This document shows positions 47,486 to 58,500 of a stretch of DNA of 64,000 nucleotides, piece by piece. The notes below the pieces were generated by a model. The model was not told where the DNA came from, ran no database searches, and was given only the letters and a program-made list of their open reading frames with translations. Origin of the DNA: Oopsacas minuta (lineage: Eukaryota > Animalia > Porifera); assembly GCA_024704765.1 (NCBI GenBank), contig JAKMXF010000111.1:1437627-1501626 (forward strand). The letters run 5' to 3'. Position numbers and translations under genes: made by a program. Position 1 is the first letter of the stretch; every line of letters starts with the position of its first letter.

Positions 47486-49413
47486 ATGTCTTTTGACAAA
47501 CTAGTGAATGACGTCCGCTCTATGTGTGAGCAAGGAAAGTATAGACACGTGCTTGAGCTGTTTGACAGATCCAAGGAACTAACTCTGAGATTCAGAGAAA
47601 ATCCAGACGCAGCAATGAAACAATTCAACCCCTCTAAGCACACAATGGGCTATCTGCTAGCTCTCAAGTTTAAGCTAGAAATAAATGTTGGAGATCCAGA
47701 AGTATTTCTCCAGCAGATGACTCATCTGGCGGAGGTATTCCATTTGGAACAAGCGCGTAAACTAGTTGACATACTAGCTTTTGCATTCCACATCCTAACT
47801 AGTATTCTGGTGGATAGGAAACAGCCACAGAGGGGACTACTACCTCTTCTAACTGCTATCCGTAGAATAAGAGAGACTTCCTCACATCTAACCAGTATAC
47901 ACGCAGATTACCTCTGTCTATGTCTTGCAGCTAAGAATCTACCAGCAGCTCTGTCTTTACTGGACACAGATATACTCAATCTTAACTATGAGGTAATTAC
48001 ATATTTGTTATTTAGATGAACGAATTAGTTTCGTTTCTGGTTGAGGAACCTTTTCTTGTTTTTCTTGGTTAGCTTAAAATCTCAATTCGGTATTCACATC
48101 AGGTTTAGCAATTATGCTATCATTTGTCCAGTACCCACTTGTGCCTCTATAGTGGCTGAAATTATTGGGGAGGCAAGATATATATAATTACTTCACCCTG
48201 ACTCTTTGTGTCATTATCAATTTTACTCTATAAAATCGTAGGCTATAGCAAAATATTTTGTAAGTTTTCCGGGTTGGTCCCGGATTAGAATTTTCAACCA
48301 ATTTCGGCCTATAATTCGTATTATTATTGTATATGTATGTATTTTATATAAATAAAGTTCTGCCTTATGCTTAACCTCTGTGTCATGATTATTCATATTT
48401 TTCATCTTAGGGAGCTTCATTTGATTCTCGTAGTTTCCTCCTATACTTCTATTATGGAGGTTATATCTACTCTGCTCTGAAAAAGTTCTCTCGAGCTCTC
48501 TATTTCTTTGAAGTGTGTCTCACCACGCCATCTAGTGCGATCAGTGCGATTCAAGTGGAGGCCTATAAGAAATATGTACTGGTATCCCTCCTGTTACATG
48601 GAAAGCTACGTTCACTCCCTAAATACACCAGCCACGCAATCGAAAGGTATATACGTAACATAACTGGTGTTTATAACGATCTGGCTACAGCCTATGTACA
48701 CGACAAGAAACCACTCCAAGAGATGCAGATAGTGCTTCAGTCGAGTAGAGAGGAGTTTGTAAAAGATCAGAATTCTGGACTGGTAAATATTAACACGCTT
48801 ATTGTGTAATATTTCATGGGAAGTATTATACTTTGACAGAGGGTTAAATACTATTATCACTAGTACTATGGATGATCATTCAAATGATTCGTTTATTCAC
48901 TATTGGAGCTACCATTCTGGTTATTAATACTTTGTATGGCAGTATCGTCGGCATGTGATTATTCCCATAATCACACACATAATTTTCTAGAATATTATTT
49001 GAATTGTAAAATAGGTGAAACAGTGCTTCGCTAGTCTTGTAAAGCGATCTATACAGCGACTTACCAAGACATTCATCACGCTCTCCCTGAAAGACCTATC
49101 TGAGAGAGTAGGACTGGAGGGCGGGCCTCAAGAAGCAGAGCATTACCTCCTTCAGATGATAGAAGCCGGAGAGATACACGCTTCTATTGATCAGACACAA
49201 GGGATGATCTCTTTCCAAGATGAGCAGTTAATTGACGGACAGATAGTTGTAGAGCTCGAGAAGGAACTTAGAGATTGTATGTTTTTAGGAGAAATGCTGA
49301 AAGTTATGAATATGAATCTCAGCAAAGATCCGAAATATGTGAGAAAGACAAAATCAACTACATCAGGAACTGGTTTTGAGGATTCTTCCATCAAAGAAAT
49401 TCTCTCTGTCTAA
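47486..49413 (+). CDS. COPS3: COP9 signalosome subunit 3, 3 exons, 425 aa
   Basis: Exons 47486-47992, 48411-48782, 49015-49413. Motifs LTSIHADYLCLCLAAK, FLLYFYYGGYIY, TTPSSAISAIQVEAYKKYVLVSL, and the PCI domain IQRLTKTFITLSL. Confidence 0.95.
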
Positions 49414-50043
49414 CTAATGACTGTAGTTTGTGAGTGAATTAGTGTTGTATTTTATTTTATGATCTTGGGATATTTTACGAGGAATAGCGCCACACACGGG
49501 TTCAAAGAAGTTGTCATCATTAGAATTATCATATATTTATATTTATCAGATCATAGAATGCTATGATCAGACGTTAAGCTAGGTTGTTCCTTCCTCAGTT
49601 ATCTTCCAATCTCTAGAATCTGTCTCATTTTATGCTATAGACATTGAATTTTGGAAATGACCAGCCGCCGTAATCACTAAGAAGTTAAGTTTACACAGTG
49701 CTGACCTTCTTAGTGTATACTACAGCTGGCGATGTTTAATAGTAAAATAACGATAAAATATTGTGCGATAGCTAGTTCAACATAAGTATGTGTGTTCACA
49801 TTGTGAAAGGGTTGTTGTTAACTAGAGAAATCATAATGTTCGAAAACATCACTGCGTTCCTGGCCAATCTTGGGAAAATTCAGGTTACAAAGGTATACAA
49901 ATTATAATGCATAACTTCGCAACACATAGATGTGACCAGTATTCCATATACAACCTTAACCTACTGTCATACATGTTTCATTTGTTTGTTTATATTACTA
50001 TGAACCAGTTAGAGATTAAATATTTGTGTATTGAATCATATGA

Positions 50044-51288
50044 ATGTTAACTTTTAAGCTAATATTGAGATCCTCACAGTGTATTGTTAGGCATATACAA
50101 CTTAATCACTCTAGCAGAATGGCTGAATCTACATCCACTAGTGATTATACTATCCCTAAGATATGTCCTGCCATCTTCTTAACTGGCAGTTCAAACGTGA
50201 ACAGATTAGTCGTACAAGAGAGAACAGTACCTGATCTGCCTACAGATAAGATTATGGTTGAGATTAAAGCTTGTGGGCTTAACTTCAAAGAGATGATGGA
50301 GCGTATGGGTATACCAGGGACTGCTTCTAACAAATCCAAGCCTCCCTATGTGATGGGGTTCGAAGGATCAGGAATAATAGTGCAGATAGGTAGCGAAGTG
50401 AAAAGTGAACATATAAAGATCGGGAATCGTGTCTGTGTCGTCGGCAGCGAAGTATGGAGCAAGTATACTATATTGGATCCTAAATTTTGCTTTCCCATTC
50501 CAGACAATATGACATTTGAAGAAGCTGCAGCTTTCCCTGTTGTATACCTCACAGCTTACATGATGCTGTTCCAACAGGCAAACCTACAACCTGGCATGTC
50601 AGTACTTATACACATGGTAGCAGGAGGAGTAGGAACAGCTGCGGTACAGCTGTGTAGGAGTGTGTCTGATGTCACTATATTCGGTACGTGCTCCGCTGCT
50701 AAGCACGAGCGAATGAAAGAGATGGGGGTAGATCATCTGATAGACTACAGAACTCAAGATTATGCTCAAGAAATAAAGAGGATATCTCCTAGAGGAGTTG
50801 ATATCATTCTAGAACCGCTAGGGGGACCAGATTTCAAGAAGAGCTACGATCTTCTTGATCAACTAGGTCACATAATATCTTTTGGGTTCGCTAATGCTGT
50901 CACTGGAGACAAGATGAGTTACTTCACGATGGCTAAGAATTGGTTACAATGGAAGAATGTTAATAGCATGGCGATGATGCAAGAAAATAGAACAGTTAGC
51001 GGTTATCATTTGTTGTATGTCTCTTTATCGAGAATGGATAAAGTCATGTGTGCTCTCAAGCAATTGAATCTACTGTACAAAGACGGAAAAATAAAACCAT
51101 TAATTGATTCTGTGCATGGATTTTCTCAAATAGGAACTGCAGTAGCGAGAATGAACTCTCGCCAGAACATTGGTAAGATTGTCATTGTACCCGAGGAAAC
51201 TACCACAGGGGGTAATGATGAAGGGACTTCTGACGTGTCAAAGTGGAAGAACCCTGAAGAAGATACTCCAACAAAATCTAGAATTTAG
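50044..51288 (+). CDS. VAT1: Synaptic vesicle membrane protein VAT-1 homolog (MDR/quinone oxidoreductase family), intronless
   Basis: ACGLNF, GFEGSG, AAAFPVVYLTAYMML, VLIHMVAGGVGTAAVQL, RGVDIILEPLGG, RQNIGKIV. Start at 50044 or 50119. Confidence 0.9.
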   Translation: MLTFKLILRSSQCIVRHIQLNHSSRMAESTSTSDYTIPKICPAIFLTGSSNVNRLVVQERTVPDLPTDKIMVEIKACGLNFKEMMERMGIPGTASNKSKPPYVMGFEGSGIIVQIGSEVKSEHIKIGNRVCVVGSEVWSKYTILDPKFCFPIPDNMTFEEAAAFPVVYLTAYMMLFQQANLQPGMSVLIHMVAGGVGTAAVQLCRSVSDVTIFGTCSAAKHERMKEMGVDHLIDYRTQDYAQEIKRISPRGVDIILEPLGGPDFKKSYDLLDQLGHIISFGFANAVTGDKMSYFTMAKNWLQWKNVNSMAMMQENRTVSGYHLLYVSLSRMDKVMCALKQLNLLYKDGKIKPLIDSVHGFSQIGTAVARMNSRQNIGKIVIVPEETTTGGNDEGTSDVSKWKNPEEDTPTKSRI

Positions 51289-51411
51289 ACGAATCTATTT
51301 CGAACTTCTTTATAGAGATTTATTAGTTATGACATAATCGGTATTAGTTTTGTATATCTTAGTAGATTAATTATATATATTCGGATTATTTATATCTAAA
51401 ATAAATATAGA

Positions 51412-52239
51412 ATGCCACTCCTACTGGTGTGTGGGCTCCCGTGTTCAGGGAAATCCTCTTGTGTTAAGGAATTCATCTCTTTTCTCTCATCACAATATCC
51501 AGCTTATAGTGTAGAAGTAGTGGGGGAGGAGAACTTAGGCTTGTCTAGGGAATGTTGGTTCGAGAGTAGTGCCTATGAGAAGGAGAGCAGATCCTCAATT
51601 AGAGGTGAAGTAGAGCGATTACTATCTCCTGATAAATTGGTTATAGTAGATAGCCCCTGTTATGTGAAAGGGTTCAGATACGAATTATATTGTATTAGTA
51701 AACAAGCTCGTACTCCCCACTGCTTGCTGCTGAGCTCGGCATCTCTAGACCAAGTTATAAAGTGGAATGAGAACAGATTGGGTGTTAAATTCCGCGAGGA
51801 GACGTTAAGAGACGTACATATGCGATTTGAACCCCCCAATGCAACAAACAGATGGGATCGTCCACAGTATACATTTAGTCCTGACCATGCTCCTCCTTTT
51901 GAAGAGATATCTCAAATATTGCTTCACGGTGTAGCTCCTAAACCTAACAAATCTACACAGAATATTCCATTAGCCTCTCCTTCATTTTTAATGGATCTGG
52001 AGAAGGTTACTTCCGGATTGATTGATGTTTTAATGAAGGCACAGGCTGGAGGAGTTGTATTGGACAATTTTAGCTTAGATAAAAGTACAGAGAAATTATC
52101 ATTCAGTCGAGCTGTCTCTCTAACTGAGTTGAGACAAGCGAGGAGGCAGTTCCTTTCTTACTGCAAGCTACACCCTGTTCATGACCCTGCACAGATCTCA
52201 TCGCTCTTTCTACAGTTCCTAAACACTAATTTCAGCTAA
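51412..52239 (+). CDS. KTI12: Protein KTI12 homolog (Elongator-associated ATPase)
   Basis: MPLLLVCGLPCSGKS P-loop, YVKGFRYELYC, RFEPPNATNRWDRP, ELRQARRQFLSY, FLQFLN. Confidence 0.95.
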   Translation: MPLLLVCGLPCSGKSSCVKEFISFLSSQYPAYSVEVVGEENLGLSRECWFESSAYEKESRSSIRGEVERLLSPDKLVIVDSPCYVKGFRYELYCISKQARTPHCLLLSSASLDQVIKWNENRLGVKFREETLRDVHMRFEPPNATNRWDRPQYTFSPDHAPPFEEISQILLHGVAPKPNKSTQNIPLASPSFLMDLEKVTSGLIDVLMKAQAGGVVLDNFSLDKSTEKLSFSRAVSLTELRQARRQFLSYCKLHPVHDPAQISSLFLQFLNTNFS

Positions 52240-52363
52240 TCTTCATTATTGAATTATTGTGTATGTAATTAGAGTAATTATTATTTTGCTTGATATATTA
52301 TAGCAATTAGTAAAGTCTAATGGAATTTTCCTATTAAGTTGTATAATTTCAATTTACATAATA

Positions 52364-52750
52364 CGAGCCGCTTCGCTTGCTCCCGCTGCGGGGCTTGCGA
52401 ACACTGTCCTCACTTAATTCATGCCTCCAATTTTTTCATAAGAACAACTATTATTTACACACCTAGAAAACGCGCGAAATTCCTAATCAGCGTGCCCGAT
52501 AATACCAGTATAAGAATAACCATTGAACTCAAGTTTCTAATACTATTCAGAAATTCTTCACTTTATTCACCTAAACAACAACAAATATTCACAATACCTT
52601 GTTGTCAATAAATATTTGGAATTAGTGTATTCCATTAGCATAGAATAATCATTGAAATCAACTTCTGGAATTATTTAGAATATGTTTAACAACAATAAAT
52701 CTACTTATGAGAACTTGAAAGTGCAAATTCGGATTCAGCGTACTATCTTA
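52364..52750 (-). mobile_element. Helitron-like family B copy (5' boundary approximate)
   Basis: 3' end ..GCAAGCGAAGCGGCTCG|T on the minus strand; shares aaattcggattcagc and aacaataaat blocks with family A and with 59502-59748. Confidence 0.55.
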
Positions 52751-53057
52751 CCCACGCAGGTCAGGCGGTTGCCTTATCAGAACATTTGCACGTTAATTAT
52801 TATAGACCAATAATGTAGGAACTTACAATAGAAACCGGTTTTTCTTACTTATCAGATTGCAAGAGTGTGGGATTTACATATTTTCCGCCGGTTTTATCTT
52901 TTACTAAATTTTGGTGTGGTTTTTGATTTGGCTAATATGTTAACACGAGCAAAAATACCAAAAATATCTACACATGTATACAGTTCGGAAAAGGCCCTGC
53001 TCACAAGCCGGATCCAGGACAACATTTCTAATCAACATAGGAATATTCATGATAGGA

Positions 53058-53250
53058 GGCGTTTCGCTTGCTCGCACCGCGCAGATTGCGAACACTTTAT
53101 GTTCGCATGAGACTCGGCACTTCGGGCCTTGAATTTAGCAAAGTATAAAATTACAAAATGAATTAATAAATATATTTCAATTATTTGTTTACTTTAAATT
53201 TACATATGAAAAACTTGATAGAGCGAAATTCGGATTCAGCGTATTTAATA
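53058..53250 (-). mobile_element. Helitron-like family B copy (partial)
   Basis: ttcgcttgctcgc..gttcgcatg(a/t)gactcggcacttcg..tttagc..aaattcggattcag, closely similar to 59510-59720. Confidence 0.6.
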
Positions 53251-53378
53251 CCCATATATAGCTGTTAAGAGCAAGCCTGTACGTTCATTTCGAGATTTGG
53301 ATAATTTGTTTACTTTTATATGTATTCATAAACATAATTTTGTTTACTTTATATTCGTGAGTTTTAATAATATAGATA

Positions 53379-53666
53379 TCTGTATGTCCAGAATTGATTG
53401 AAGAAACTGGAAGACCCCCAGGGCTGATTTTTGGCATACAGGGGTATTTTTGCCTGGCTCGGACAACTTCGAGGCTTCGACGAAAATTCACACATGACGA
53501 AATTATGACGTCATTGTCACCTTTTTGATTTTCGAAAAATCACATTATCATCCACTGCTCAGCCAATATACATGATCGAAGTTTGAAATTTTGGATCACA
53601 GGTGCCCCTCAATGTGACAAATGTCCTGACGTCATGATTTTGAGCTGTCGCAGCAAAGCGCGCTAG
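53379..53666 (+). mobile_element. Helitron-like element with a CTAG 3' end
   Basis: Possible A|TCTGTATGTCC start; ends GCAGCAAAGCGCGCTAG|T after a weak GC hairpin. Confidence 0.45.
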
Positions 53667-53776
53667 TTATTAATTGCGTTTGAATAATATAGATACATAT
53701 GCTTCCATTCAATCTTCGCCTAGCAGGTCAACTCGTGATATAGGTATCATATTTAATATTCTATTATATCTGCTAG

Positions 53777-54132
53777 CAGGGCTGCACTCGGTTAGCCGGT
53801 TAACCGGCGTTATATACCAGTTAACTGCAAGGATAAAATATATTCGGTTAACCGAAAGGTGTCATTTCCACCAATATGTTTAGTGTTCCAAAGCGTTTGA
53901 GAGATACGAAATAATATATACACGAATTCTGCTAGTTTGGTATTTATGAGATGTATACATTTTAGGTCCATGTTCTCAAATTTCAATATTTTAGAAAGGT
54001 AACATCACATCACGATTGCATGCATAACAGCTATGTATCGATATTTTCAATTTTAGTCACAAAACATCATTGATTGTATCAAGAATAAATGCAGTGGCGC
54101 CCCCTTAATTCGGTTAACCAACCTCAGCCCTA
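53777..54132. mobile_element. MITE with (C/T)AGGGCTG termini and subterminal CGGTTAAC repeats
   Basis: Ends CAGGGCTG...CAGCCCTA; exact 7-bp direct repeat ctgctag on both flanks. Confidence 0.75.
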
Positions 54133-54399
54133 CTGCTAGTAAAGAATTATACAATGGTCAGGCGTAATCATGTAATCAACATGTAACATAAATTACGCTA
54201 CAGGTCTATCGAGTGAATATTTCAGAATTGTCACAAGTGATTAGGACTTTCGATCTTGTGTTAGAACTCTAATTTTATTGCAAAATCAGATATTACATCA
54301 ATCTGCCCATTCAACACAAGTACATTCTGAGGTATACATAACATAAACATGAGATTGAGACTGTATCCTGTCTTATCTATAAGTAATCCAACTCAAATA

Positions 54400-55016
54400 A
54401 TTCTACATATCAAATCAACGAAAGCTTAACTCCAAGCAGAGCTGAAAGATAACATGCTCAACTCTATGATGGGGGGAGATTCATTGAAGAGATAGACGCA
54501 AAGATGAAACATAACTGTGAAAGTATTTTGTCAGACTTGCAAGTTGTAGTGAAAGAAACAGATGCTAATTCAGTATGATAGTGAACATCTGGAGAAGACG
54601 ATTTCTGTTTTGGGACAGCTATAGAGAGGGAGGTTCCTACAAATTCCAGACTACTCTGCCCTCCTGAAACTATGGCAACGCAGTAGAATGTGGTCCCAAA
54701 AGGCCCAAATTTTCTGATCGATAGTTACGAATTGTGTATACTCTAGTCTTGTTCTCTCAAAACGGTGAGAATACGCTTTATAAGAGTACCAGTTCAAGCA
54801 GCACATGCAGTTTGTTTCGATAAGAGAAATAACATTCTTATCGGAAAATTTTCAGAGGAAAAGATCAAAGTATTTTATCAAAACGGTGCACTATTACACA
54901 ACCTGGGATACAATCAAGATGAAGACAAGAAAATCGAACCTGTGAGTATAGAAACGAATAACAACATTATTATTAGAGGTTCTGATAATACTGAATTTGG
55001 ATTACATATTTATTAT
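54400..55016 (+). pseudogene. TRIM-NHL-like (coiled coil plus NHL repeat) gene remnant
   Basis: Interrupted frames LQAELKDNMLNSM..YDSEHLEKTISVLGQLIEREV, then AVCFDKRNNILIG..KIKVFYQNGALLHNLG..NNNIII..FGLHIY (NHL blades). Multiple stops and frameshifts; the central repeats are missing. Confidence 0.6.
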
Positions 55017-55565
55017 CATTTTGCATATAATAGATTAAAATATATCAAAACAGGAAACTTGGGGTTGATATGTCTATATTTAGGCTCAGCTCGCTCAACT
55101 CGCCTAGCGGCGTCGATAGAGGGGTCACTCGGCATGGTTAGGACAAATTTTGAGAATGGAATGTCGTCACATTCCTGAGGCATTCTTGTGTTGCTAGGGA
55201 ATATCTCCAATTATGATCAACCATTCGAAGGAAGGGAAATTTACGCTGATAACGAATATCGACATATTAATTGGATTCACTTAAAATTATGCACGCTGGT
55301 CGCTTTTTAAGAGGTGTAAAAAGAAAATTCTATGTAATCATTTGTGGTCACAATTTTGGAATACGAAAATGGCAACATTGTTTTTCAAAAGTCCTTAGAT
55401 CATAAACTATCCAAAAATATAAAGCGCAACAAATCCCCACAAAATTGTATAACATAAACAATACCATGGATAAACTAATCGACATAATCTCAAATTCACA
55501 CACATAATAGAGCAGATAATAAAAATATATATACGCTAATTTTCAGTTCAATTCATTGACTGCTG

Positions 55566-58500
55566 TTATAGCCAAGCCTTCACAGCCTCAGCAATCTTGG
55601 ACCTGGAAATACCATACTTGTCCAAGAGAGCAAGTGGAGTCCCTGAGCGAGGAACTTCTCTGACAGCAATCCTTCTCACTTTTATGTTGGTTTCCTCGCT
55701 AACTATTCCTGCTACTGCTTCTCCTATGCCTCCCTCAAGGTAATGATCCTCAACAGTTAAGATTTTCCCCTCAGTAGCCGCAGCAGACGCAATCAATAGA
55801 GCTTTGTCTATAGGCTTCACAGTGAATGGGTCTAACACTCTAATATGTATACCTGTAATTGTAGGAATAATAAAGCTAATATTTCGAGTTATTCAATTGA
55901 AAGAGACAATTCGGATTATTAGTTATCTATCAGTTGCGTGTGCCTATTGTGCATATTTTACTTAAGGTTGAAACTCCTCGAAACGAATATCAGAATCCAT
56001 GAATAGCACCCTTACCGAATACCGAATACAAACCTTACGGTTGCAACTTTGATTGTACGGATTTGTACCCTTGAAGTTATCTCTCAAATAAGCTATATTA
56101 TGCATTACATACCTTCACCAGCTAGGATATCAGCTGCCTTCAGTGTTTCGTGTAAGGTAATACCTGCAGCTACTACAGTTAATTTATCTCCAACTGATTG
56201 ACGGACAATTTTTCCTTTCCCAATTTCAAATACTTCATCAGGTCCGTACATTACCTCAGTCTCGGCTCTAGTAGTGCGAGTATACGTCATTCCTCTGTAG
56301 TTAGCAGCCAGTTCTAGTGCCCGCTCAGCTGAGACAACATCTGACGGATAAAACACGACACAGCCGGGAACAGTGCGGAACATAGCTAAGTCTTCCAATC
56401 CCATTTGAGAAGGGCCATCCTCTCCGATAGACACTCCACAATGAGATCCAACGAAATTAACCTAAACAGTTGAAAGATTAAATAATAGCAACATGCTAAT
56501 ACCCATATTATTAAACAGCTATGTTTAAACTCGTTAAGTTTATTTCTATTATATGTAGCATGTGACCATCCAAACAATTTCGAACCAAGGCAAGGCGATC
56601 TTTGTACTCTGTCTATTGATAATTATAGGTATTACTCATGGATGGAAATTCATGGGTGGTTTAAGTCCATACCAAGATCCAAGCATTTTGAAATAAGCGA
56701 GAACAAGAGAAGAATACCAAAAATTTGAATTTCACGGAAACCAAGACAAACTTTGTTATTACTCACTATTAATACACAATATTTGTAATATTCGGGATAA
56801 AAAATTTAGAACATCCAACACGTTGCTAACTATTCAATATCCCATATTTTCCAAATTGGAACCTAAGGAGTGGTCATATGGAGTACTTACTTATCATGAA
56901 CATCGTGACAAGAATCAAAGAATGAATAACGAGAGAACATGTACTAACGTATATTCAGTGTACAAGTTCATGATAATTGCTGGAATCAAGTGAGGTTATT
57001 CTAATAAGAGATTGACCAATTAGAATACAGACAGGTGCCATATTAATATTACAAGATAGAATAAATGAAGATATCTACAGTATTAGAATATATTACCATG
57101 CTGTTATTATTAATTCTACTTCTTTCTATATCATTAAATATACACTCATCTCTTGCACAGAAATACACTGATGTATATCCAACAACGGATAGGAGAGAAT
57201 CTAATGATTACGAGGAGAGAGATAACACAATTGTGTTAAGCAACAAACTCTCGTTAGAGAAGAAAATATCTCTAAACCCAGAGGACCTACACCTACCTGT
57301 GATGGTTGTAGGACAGCTGATTAATGGCAATATATACATAGAGTGGTTATATCCTTCAACCGAGAGAGTTAATCTTACCATTATTGTTAGGATAGGAAAC
57401 TTCATTAATGGTGAGAATGTATTGAGTGATTATAAATCTACGGAACAGATAGCCTCAGAAATTGGATATATTCCTGTCAATCTACCAGATGATTATGAAT
57501 ACGATTATGTTTATTTCCAAATCTGCACAGAAATAATAGGAAAAATATCCAAGCTTAGTGATCATGGAATCGAAGAGCTATCAGACAAATGTACTCGTTC
57601 TCAGATAGTTTTGGCAGACAGAGATAATAAAATAGAAATGAAAATTCTAAAAACGCGAACACTGGAAGATAGAGTAGAATTCGAGTTCAATTCTGAAATT
57701 TCAATTGAAGCTGACAAATCAACGAATTTACAATGTATTGCTACTGATTTGAATAATCAAAAAGATAAGCGGAAGCAGTTTAGTATACAATACCTGAAGA
57801 CATACATTGGAAGAAGTGGCTCTAGCCTAATCACAACGAAAGCACTCAGTAAGAACTCTACTTACAAGTGTATTTTACAAGTAAACTCGCCGAATTATTA
57901 CCAACTCTACTCGTCTGAAATAATCAGTTTCTCTATAACAAAGAAGGGAAAAAATAAAATTACAAATCCTGGACAGGTAATACTAGGAAATAAGAAGAGA
58001 GTTAGAAAAACAGCAACTACTAAACTGGATCCAGCAGTTATCAAACGGTTAAAAGCAAACAAAGCTACTGGAAGAGGAAGAGGGCAGAAACATCTGCCAA
58101 AGAATGTAAATCCAAGAATGTACAATATAAGGACAGTAGAACAAATTTCACAAGAAACAAAGAATAAAGTAAAAGCGCGGTTGTCAGCTTATTATATAGA
58201 AAAACCAACCGAGGAAAGCCAGAATCAAAAGAAATATTCAATAAACCAACAAAGAAATTGCTAAATCAAATAAGTCCAATAGTAATTAAAAGGTATATTT
58301 CAAAGAAACCCAAACTATCATTACGTATAAGAATTATAATGTGTTTACAGAATACGAAAAATCAATGAGTTGCTACATTCACAAGTTCCCTGTTGATCTA
58401 ATTACAAATAATTAACTCATACAGATGGCAGTACTGGCATCAATACTTAAATGTAGTGTATATGGTGATATCTATCTGTTTGATTTAATTAAGAAACATC

